Source: Macrostomum lignano (Eukaryota). Taken from it: a DNA stretch of 64,000 nucleotides. The notes below the pieces were generated by a model. The model ran no database searches. It saw only the letters and a list, made by a program, of their open reading frames with translations, and was not told the DNA's origin. Positions 38,326 through 48,447 of the stretch are shown here, piece by piece. The DNA lies in NCBI GenBank assembly GCA_002269645.1, contig NIVC01001013.1:1-64000 (forward strand). The letters are read 5' to 3'. The translations under genes were made by a program, and so were the position numbers. How positions within the stretch are numbered: the first letter of the stretch is position 1; each line of letters begins with the position of its first letter.

Positions 38326-40983
38326 TATTTATTTTCGTGGAACTGAACGTGGAACTGAAAATCCGGTCATAGCATGCATGCATTAGTAGCTATAGTCGTT
38401 ATGGTACTTACATTGTTGAATGTCCTACTATTTCGCTTAGTAGCCTTGATAGTCTTAGCAAAATTACCTAATAGTCCTAGCAAAATTGTTTCGAGTATCC
38501 AAATATTGGCAAGAATAGTAAAGTTTATTTTAATTGTAATATGCCTATGAGGCTATGCCAATGGCTTCCATTTTCTATGCGGGTTTCGCCCTATGCTAAC
38601 AGCTATACAGTTATACTTTATAATTTATAATAATTATGTTAAAGTATGTCTTTATTGCATGAGTTTATTATGTTACTTAGGCTTAACTTTATTTAAACTT
38701 TGAGTTGCAAATTAAGCAAACTTATTTTAGGATGAAAGGATTTTAGGATTGCTATGCTTAAAGTGAACTAGCTGTCAATTTTTTATATCTATTTAATTTT
38801 TGTGCTAGGCCTAATAATGTATTATGGTCATTCTATATAGGCCTAATAATGGTCGTAATATTTATACATTCTGACCCATCAATCAATATGTTAACAATAT
38901 TTATTGACTTCAAATTTTAGCCTATCTTAAAGCAAAATGTGTATATTTAATTATATAGGAAAATGGCCATTCTATGAGTGCAAGTGATAAAAACAAATAA
39001 TTGAAGGCAAAATGATCATAAAAGGCCTAGGCCTAGTCATAACAATAGAAAATGAAAAAGTTAAATAGGCTTAATTGTTTTCTGTAATTTACTTGATTTA
39101 CAACTTGCTTAGAAGCACAAAGTTGTAAAACAGTAAAAGTAATGCAAAAAATATGCAATTATACTACATAATTGCCAAGAATTAATTTGTGTTTCTATTT
39201 GTTTATCTAGGCCCTATTTGTTTATTAGGCCTAATATGCTAATATGCTTAAGTTATTACTAGCCTAGTTGGTTGCAACTTGCAAATAAATGCTAGGCTAA
39301 ATGTCTTATATCTTATAAACTAGTATATTTTTAATATATAATAATACAATTATTCCATTTAATAAATGCCAGACTTAGAGATATAGTTACCATTTCTATA
39401 AGTTTTTGGATTATAGACACAGCCATCATTGTCGTGTCTCTAATAGTGCCTTAAGTCTATACTCAAAGACATGGCTAGGCCACTATGTCCATAATATTAG
39501 AGCTTATAGACATAGCAAGTTGGTGACCATATCTATACAATATAGAATGCATCTTATACTGAAGACAATAGCCATGTCTATAATACCTACATAGTGCTAG
39601 CAGTAGTATAATTAATATTGAATGGCAAATGAATTTATTGCCACAATTTATAGCAACAGTAGCTACCATGTGTGCTTAACATTAGGGCCTATAGACATGG
39701 TAGCCATGCCTATAAGCTCCAGCATTATAGACATGGCCAACATGTCTATAAGTACTCTGTTCAGTTAAAGCTAGAAAGTGGAAGTAATAAATATTATAAT
39801 GAAACTTTGAAACAAATAATTATTAGCAAAAAATAAAAATGATATATCATTTTAGCAATAGAATTTTTAAAGATAAAATTCATCATGATTAATAATAACT
39901 TTAGCAACTTGGAAACTATAGAGTATAATATATAATAAAATCATATTTTCATAAAATTTGTATATAAGACAACTTATAATTATAAGATTCTATAAAATTT
40001 TAACAATAATAATATACTATTGATATTGCACTATTAGTAATAATTAGCAAAATATTACCAATGAGATAGAGATAAGAGATAATATATTTATAAATAATGC
40101 ATTATGACATAGAGGTAAGAGATTTCTCAGAAAACTTTTTCTTTGCACAAGCTTTTATATAATTCAAATCACTTTCTAGCAACAGTTTCCTGCATGTTTT
40201 TATCTGGGTCTTGTTATAGTGGCCTTGATAGCAATAACTATGAATCTTGTTAGCCTTGATAAACTTAATAATGTTATTGGTTGCATACCAACCTAGCAGG
40301 AGACTTTGCAGTTCTCATTCTCTTATTTGGGAGGCTAGACTGGGCTGACTTGAAATAAGCAGCAAAGGGACAGACTGACAAAGGAGGGGTAGATGGTGTA
40401 AGGTGGAGCTTCAAAGCAGCAATATAAGTGTAGTAGTGATGCAATTTTTGTACTTAAACTAATAATAATATCCATTGAAAATTTTACTGTGGCAAGAATC
40501 ACTAGTGTCTATTCAAATAACCCACTAGTGACTCTGTTGACTCTGGGTACTTTTATGACTGTGACTCAAATAACTGCAAAGTAATAGACTGAGATAGTGA
40601 GTGACTGATGGAATAGTAAAGAATCACAAAATTCATTACTCAAGAAGTGTGTTAGTGCTAAATTTTCTATGAGTACTAACTCAAGTAGACTAAACAGAGT
40701 TTTTTTAAGATGCGAAATGTGATTTCAATTCATAAATTGACTCAGATGTGCTTTAGATGCCACTCAGTGATTCTATAGCTACTAAAGCATGCCTCATATA
40801 CAACTCTATGGCCCCAGAGAGTTGCAGACAATAAAATGTCCTTAACTACCTTGAGGCGACTTGTACTGGGACATCTCGTTGTTTTTAGAGTCCTAGGGCC
40901 TAGGGGCACTTCTTTCCCATTTTACCTGTGTTACCTGCAACGACTCCGAAACGACTCTGGGACTACGAAAGTGACTGCGCCTA

Positions 40984-41280
40984 CATACATGCTCAACCTC
41001 CAAAATTTGGTCGGCCATGCGACTTAGTTTTAACAAAAATGCGACATAGTTTTTGGCCAAAAATGCAACTTACATGTAAAAAAACCCTAAAGCAAAATTA
41101 ATGCAACTTCGGGTAAAAGGCAGGAGTAACTATGACTGACTTATTAAGCCGAAATGCCTCGTCAGCTATTTAGTACTACTACTTTGGCGTTTTTTGGGTG
41201 GGCATTTTTGCGACTTCCTTGGTTGGCCGCCAAATTGGTCGGCCAGATTGGCCGACTCGGCCGACTGTTGCACATGTATG
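40984..41280. mobile_element. hAT-type MITE (CATACATG TIR family), copy 1
   Basis: TIR CATACATGCTCAAC / GTTGCACATGTATG, perfect 8-bp TSD TGCGCCTA, internal GCGACTT motifs. Confidence 0.85.
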
Positions 41281-41481
41281 TGCGCCTAGATACCGTTTTC
41301 ATTGGGATATGATTGTTTAGCAATGAACCAATTAGTTATACTCAGAAATGAAGTTTAAAACGTACATGAATAATTAATCGCTTATAACTATCCTAGGCCT
41401 AAATGAAAGATGTTTGACTTGTAATGTCCCACCAAAAAATTGATTAATTTCAAATTTATCAATTGCTGCAACCGTGGCCAA

Positions 41482-44400
41482 ATGTCGGCCTCTCAAATGC
41501 GCCAGCTGCCAGCTGCCACAGCTCGCATGCTCAGCAGCGGCCAGGTGATCCTCGGTCCCGAGTCCGTAGTCAAGGAGTTGATTGAGAACGCTCTGGACGC
41601 CGGGGCCACCAGAGTGGACGTCCGGCTAGACAGCTGCGGCCTGGATCGCCTCGAAGTGCTGGACAATGGCCGCGGCTTCTCCGCCAGCGATGCCGACTTG
41701 GTTGCTATGCGGCACTGCACATCCAAGCTGGCTGACGATTCCGGGCTAGCCGACCTGGTCACCTACGGATTCCGGGGCGAGGCGCTCAACTCGCTGTGCA
41801 CAGTTGGCCAGCTGAGCATGGCTACTCGGTGCCAGGGCGAGGAGCTCGGCAGGGAGTACGCATTCGATAAGTCTGGCCAGGTTGTGTCCCGGCGGGACGT
41901 TGCCATGCCAACCGGCACCCGGGTCACCGTCCGTCAGCTGTTCCACTGTCTGCCAGTTCGGCGCCAGCAGCTGCGCTCGGCTAAACGGCTGAGAGAAGCC
42001 CTGGCTAGCGTGGAAGCCGCCATTCGATCAGCCGCTCTGGCTAATCCTGGCGTACGTTTTGCGTTGCTTAGCGACGGCGAAGCGTTGCTAAGCCTGCCAG
42101 AGTGCGCCAGTCTGAATGATCGCGTCAGGCAGGTGCTCAGCTATGCCGTGTGGCAGCAGATGCAGCGGCTTGACTGTCAGATTAACAATGCAGTGGGCGG
42201 TCGGGTCGTTGCGTTTGTGCCAGCCAGCGGTGCTGACAAGGCTATGCTGTTTCGGAATGGAGATCTGCATAGCTTCTTCATTGGTGAGTAAAATATTGAT
42301 CATTTCAGTGTTAAACAGCTTGTGACCCGTTTTGAGACCTTGATGATCCCTTTTCAGACCCTGATGACCCCTTTTCAGACCTTGATGACCCCTTTTCAGA
42401 CTTTAATGACCCCTTTTAAGACCCTGATGACCCCTTTTCAGACCTTGATGACCCCTTTTCAGACCCTGATGACCCCTTTTCAGACCCTGATGACCCCTTT
42501 TCAGACCCTGATGACCCCTTTTCAGACTTTAATGACCCCTTTTAAGACCCTGATGACCCCTTTTCAGACCTTGATGACCCCTTTTCAGACCCTGATGACC
42601 CCTTTTCAGACCTTGATGACCCCTTTTCAGACCTTGATGACCCCTTTTCAGACCTTGATGGCCCATTTTAAGACCTAATGAACCCTTTTGAGACCTTAAT
42701 GACCCCTTTTCAGACCTTGATGACCCCTTTTCAGACCCTGATGACCCCTTTTCAGACCTTGATGACCCCTTTTCAGACCTTGATGACCCATTTTAAGACC
42801 TTAATGAACCCTTTTGAGACCTTAATGAGCCCTTTTTAGACCTTAAAGACCCCTTTGGAGACCTTAATGAGCCCTTTTCAGACCTTAATGAGCCCTTTTC
42901 AGACCTTGATGACCCCTTTTCAGACCTTGATGACCCCTTTTCTTCAGGCCTTGATGATCCCTTTTCGGACCTTGATGACCCATTTTTAGACCTTCATGAC
43001 CCCTTTTGAGACCTTAATGACCCACTTTCGCAATTTGCAGTATGGATCACTCAAGTAAATCCCCTTAATGACCCCATTTTTCGACCTACCAGTCTTATTC
43101 ACTTGAGTAACCTTGAGTCGCAAGATTAGCACAAGCCAATCTAGACACTTAAGCCTCTATCAATCAATGCACCTAGCTAGCATAACTGAAGATATTAAAC
43201 AAATTAATTTGCAGTCAACAGACGCCCAGTACAGTCAGCTAAGCTCGTGAAAATGATTCGTTCTACAATCTCCTCTGCATTCGGCGTGCCAACCAAGCTG
43301 CCCGTGTGCGTTCTGTCAATTGAACTGCCAGCAGATGCTCTCGATGTGAACTTGAACGCAGCCAAGACTCAAATAGGCCTAGCTAATGAAGCCGCTGTGC
43401 TAGAATCTATTAGAACTATGCTATTGGATACTGTGCCAAATCAATCGTTAGCTACCGTGTCGAATACTGTTGCTACTACTGCAGACATAGTAGTTGCTAA
43501 TAATAATAATGCTCCTGATTCAATTGTTAGTAATGCCAACAACAAGGATGTCAGAGCTGATGCTGCTGGTGCAGCTGCTGAGAGCCACTTGCCGACATCT
43601 CCGGTGGCTCCATCTGCGGAATCGCCTGATCAAACTGAGCAGCAGCAGCATCAACAGCAGCAACAGCAGCAGCAGCAGCAGCATCAGCAACAACAGCAAC
43701 AGCAGCAGCAGCCTCAGCAACAACAGCAGCAACAGCAACAGCATCAACAGCAGCAGCATCAACAGCAGCAGCAGCAGCAACAACAGCAGCATCAGCAGCA
43801 ACAACAACAGCAGCATCAGCAACAGCATCAACAGCAGCAGCATCAACAGCAGCAGAATCAGCAGCATCAGCAACAACAGCAGCAGCAGCAGCCGATGCCG
43901 TCTGCAGTTGATATTTTTGACCCAACTGCTGTTGCGATGCAAGGAGGCGGCGGCGGGGCAGACCTGATGCAGCAGCTTATCGACCTAACCGCGATAGACG
44001 ACAACAGCAGAGAAGACAGTTCAGTGGCAGATCATCTGGCCGAGTCCCCGGTGCCAAGACGCCGACTCCAACCGGATTTGGAAGCTGCTCCACTCGGCGA
44101 CAAGCCGCGATCGGCGAAGCGGCCGAGACCCGAGCCGGCTGATCAAGCGAGTGACGTCGCAGCTCCGCCGCCAGCGATGCCGACCTACTCGGATCTGGCC
44201 TCGATTCACAGGCGACGCTGCCGACTGCCAGCTCGGTGCAGTGCAGACCGGCTCAGCCAGCTGTTTGAGTCGCTGCAAGCAGCTGATGCATTTTGCTACA
44301 GCATTAGTGCCATTTACCCATCCGCAGTTCGGTATGTTGGCCAGCTGGCTGACTACGGCTTCGTGATTGGCGTTGACTCAACTGGGGCGCTGTACGCTTT

Positions 44401-44518
44401 TAGAGCTGCCTCATCAACTGATGCTGGACAGGCTGATAATGCAGCTGTTTATACTCGTATGCAAGAACAGATTAACAATGGTAAAGGGAAACTCTTGGCT
44501 AGGCTAGCTAGTGAGTGA
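41482..44518 (+). CDS. PMS1: MutL homolog of PMS1 type; exons 41482-42283 and 43215-44518; ~701 aa with a polyQ linker
   Basis: MRQLPAATARMLSSGQVI matches the PMS1 N-terminus; KELIENALDAGA, DNGRG, TYGFRGEAL (GHKL ATPase). A phase-1 intron joins FFI-V/NRRPV. Confidence 0.85.
42322..43080. repeat. 21-bp minisatellite filling the PMS1 intron
   Basis: Unit TTTTCAGACCTTGATGACCCC. Confidence 0.92.
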
Positions 44519-45029
44519 CTACCTAGTTGGAACTTTTGAACCTTCTGTAAGTAGTATGTGCGGAGAGCTAAATCTGTAGCAGAAACGAACCCAGAGTGCG
44601 GGAACTCCTCTCCTTGGTAGTCCTGTTATTTACAGCCATACAAGTAGTCATTTCTTAGTGTTGCATTTGCAAACAGTTAATTAACCTGCTATTGCTATAT
44701 TAATCGTGTTTATTGAACGTGCTGGCATTTCGTGGTTACTATCGCCTTTCTACAATATTCGTTAGTCGTAATTAAAACTCACCTTGGCCTTCTATTGATC
44801 TGTAATCTGTCTACAAATCCATGTTTGTCATCAATTATAATTATCATCAATAAATTATGCACTTTATGATTGCCATTTGGGCGGTTTGCTCTCATAATTT
44901 GATATTTTCAACTTAAATAAAAGTACACGTATTGACGATTTTTCTATTGTGTTCAAGTGTTTAAGCGACATTGTCAGTCGCTCGCGAAATGCATTTACTC
45001 ACCATTCCTCCGACTCACCTGAGCAGGCA

Positions 45030-45232
45030 CACAAGCGCAAGGATTCATACGCACAGGCACACTCGCACAGGAGTGTACAGCGGCCATAAATTTATTTATC
45101 TTTAAGCATGTACACTTCACTGTGCCTTGGGGTTGGCCCTCAAGGACAATTGAAATAATAGCAGAGCCAAGATTTGGAATCGAACCTGGGCCGCTGGTGA
45201 CAGACTACTAGGCTATGCCCCCCATTTTATCA
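45030..45232 (-). mobile_element. tRNA-derived SINE copy
   Basis: Minus strand GGGGCATAGCCTAGTAG (A box), GGTTCGATTCC (B box), then GGCCAACCCCAAGGCACAG..GTGTACATGC shared with other copies. Confidence 0.65.
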
Positions 45233-46063
45233 GTCTATGCTAACCTGTAGAGTTCTTAACGTGATTATTAAACTGACGCTCGTATTTTAAGCGCGATTAA
45301 GCTACTTATATTCCATTTCCAAGTAGTACATGCGCGTGCAAAAAATTATTTAAAAGCAAATTATTTCACAATGGCACCTGATCACCTGCTCAGTAATTAA
45401 TGTAGAAATTCTGCAGTATTCGCAAACCATGCAGGTAGTACAAATTCCACTATGGAATGGGAAATAACATGTAACAAACCACTGTGTTGGGTAAACGAAG
45501 TTATAAAATCAATGAGTATTGACTGCCAAAGACCCGATTTAGCGTACACGCCGTACAGAAAGAAGCTTATCGTGCCTACTGAAAGTAGGCTAGCTAGAAT
45601 CATTTAAATGTGTTAAAATGTCCTCCAGAAATTCAATTGCTCATAACTGCCGCTGTTTTACATACATGTATCTTGAGAATTTTGCTCTACAAATTTAAAC
45701 TTGGCAGTTTGCATCCCAGCTGACAGCCTAGATAATTTCCCTTTGCGATTATTTTTTTTACTTGGATCCCTATGAAGCAACTTATTCTGCAAAAATGGCC
45801 CAGTTTACAGATCTGGCTTGAAGCGGCTTGTAGGGGTGACTCATATTTTGTTAAGTAAGATATACATTCATGCTTTTTATTCGGACTAATTATACCAATA
45901 ATACATCGTAAATTATAGAGAGCATGAACTTTAGTACGGATGACCTGATAAAAATAAAAAGAATGACTAAGGATCGTTACTCCCGGGCCTCCGGCTGTAA
46001 CATGTAACCTGCTCAGTAACTTGTTAACACTGCCACCGCTATAGACTGTTATGACTGCTGCTG

Positions 46064-46582
46064 TCAGTTTTGCTCCTGCGTTGGCGGCGGCACAACCACC
46101 ATCGGTTTGTGCGAGTGGTGCAGCACATAGTCGCTAACGGAGCCGAGCACCGTTCTGCGGACGAGGCCGGAGCCCCGGCTGCCGATAACGATAAGGTCGA
46201 CTGACTCCTCCTCGGCCACAGCGGCTATCACCGGCCCAGCGCTGCGGCCGACGCGCTCCAGGAATCGCAGGTTATTTCTATCCCGCTCGAGGTCTGGGCT
46301 GCAGATGCCCAACTCTACACAGATATTCCGCGTTACCTCGGCCAGCTGCCTGGCCTCGGACATGGCCCGGTTGATGGCCGCAGTGTAGTTCTCGGCCACC
46401 GCCATGCCGGCCATGCCGAAGCCAAGCGCCAGTTCGGGCGGCTCGGTCACGTTGACAAGAACGACCGCGTCATCGGGCCGGTGCAGCTTCTCGGCGTACC
46501 AGCGCAGAGCCCGCTCGCTGTGCCGGCTGCCGTCGATGGCGATGAGCACAACTCGACCGTTGATCGGCCTGTTCGACTCCAT
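46064..46582 (-). CDS. Universal stress protein A domain protein, intronless, 172 aa
   Basis: VLIAIDGSRHSERALRW, DLIVIGSRGSGLVRRTVLGSVSDYVLHH (ATP-binding G-x2-G-x9-G-S motif). Confidence 0.92.
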   Translation of the reverse strand: MESNRPINGRVVLIAIDGSRHSERALRWYAEKLHRPDDAVVLVNVTEPPELALGFGMAGMAVAENYTAAINRAMSEARQLAEVTRNICVELGICSPDLERDRNNLRFLERVGRSAGPVIAAVAEEESVDLIVIGSRGSGLVRRTVLGSVSDYVLHHSHKPMVVVPPPTQEQN

Positions 46583-46999
46583 TGCTCGGCCAGTGTTTGA
46601 ATAATTTCCAGCTCAGTCTAAAGCAAATAACTGCAGTCAAATTTTCTTTTTTTATATACAACGAAATCCAACATCCGGCATTCTAGCTCAATTGGAAATC
46701 GGTTGCATCAAAATAGTCAACATCCTGCTGTTTAGATCTGTATCTATCTAGATCTAGATCTATATGTTTAGATCATGTATCACTGGGATTGGCTAGTCCG
46801 GAAACATTTTGAGGGCGCAATTTTTGGCTAATTTTCATAACTAGCTCGTATGCATTGAACTTACTTATTTAACCTACGAGTGGCAAATTAACGCTTTAAC
46901 CTACACTTTAAATTTTAAAAGGCCACTTAGCCACTAAGCTCAGATAATTTTGAGTTTTATTACAGTTATAAAATCCACGACAAGAAGGGGTGGCAGACC

Positions 47000-47605
47000 A
47001 TTAATGACTGGAAGGGGTTGGCAGACCAATGACCGGAGGGGGTGGCAGATCACCAATGACTGGAGGGGGTGGGAGATCACCAATGACTGGAGGGGGTGGC
47101 AGATCACAAATGACTGGAGGGGTGGCAGACCAATGACCGGAGGGGTGGCAGATCACAAATGACTGGAGAGGTGGCAGACCAATGACTGGAGGGGTGGCAG
47201 ATCACAAATGACTGGAGAGGGTGGCAGATCACAAATGACCGGAGGGGTGGCAGACCAATTACTGGAGAGGATGGCAGATCACAAATGACTGGAGGGGGTG
47301 GCAGATCACAAATGACTGGAGGGGTGGCAGACCAATGACCGGAGGGGTGGCAGATCACAAGTGACTGGAGAGGTGGCAGACCAATGACTGGAGGGGTGGC
47401 AGATCACAAATGACTGGAGAGGGTGGCAGATCACAAATGACCGGAGGGGTGGCAGACCAATTACTGGAGAGGATGGCAGATCACAAATGACTGGAGGGGG
47501 TGGCAGATCACCAATGACTGGAGGGGTGGCAGATCACCAATAACCGGAGGGGTGGCAGATCACCAATGACTGGAGGGGTGGCAGACCAATAACCGGAAGG
47601 GTGGC
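47000..47605. repeat. 24-28-bp variant minisatellite
   Basis: Core AATGACTGGAGGGGTGGCAGA(TCA)CC. Confidence 0.9.
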
Positions 47606-48447
47606 AGTCGCAGACCACCAGCGAGCAGGATGAGATCAAACAGTCCAAAAAATGAACACACCAAACAATCAGATTTGATAGAAATTTATGTCTCAGAATA
47701 GAGGTGAAAAACGCACCTTGCCTTTCAAAACCGGATGTTAAATAACCAACTTAATATTATAGCTGTCAGGCAAGGGATAATTCAAGAGACTTATATTTTA
47801 AAAGGAGCTTACTTCCAAAATTTTGTTAAGTTGAGAAACAGTAAGAAAAAAAACAAAAAACTGAGAAACTGTAGCGGTACAAACGGACAATTCTCTCTCA
47901 CATAACCAGCCAGATTGCAACCATCAGTCGATTAACAAGCAGTTAAATTAACAAAACACACAACGGTTTCCCATATGATTATAACAATAAAAACACTAAT
48001 AATAATAATAATACGCTCGTAGTAATCTAAATATTAAATAACACCCAAGTCAAACTACTATTGCTAAAGGGTATTAACTTTTGAAGGATGCTATAAATAG
48101 ATTTATTATAATAATATTAATTTCTCTTTGCGAACAAATTCATGCATAGTGTATTATCATTCAAATTTTAATTGTTTAAACTCAGCTGATTCAATACTAG
48201 TAAACGCGCGGAATTAAACTTTTTACTAATATTATTAATAACAGTTTGGGATTGAGTCGACGCAAATGACAGCGACAATAAAAATATTACTTGTAGTAGT
48301 ACTGCATGTTCAAGCAAGAGGTCGGGTTAATAAATTCAGCCAATAACAAAATTTGAAAAATTGTCTGACTCCCCAAAAAACGTTCGATTTTCTCCATCAT
48401 CTTAAGCCGTTGAAGACGCCTTGCCCCTAATCGATTCTTTCCCGCCT

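Larger units (their letters stand above)
34399..38371. mobile_element. ~4-kb TIR-bounded composite element
   Basis: TATGACCGGATTTTC at 34399 and GAAAATCCGGTCATA ending 38371, with extended GTTCAGTTCC similarity. Flanked on both sides by GCATGCA. Confidence 0.55.
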
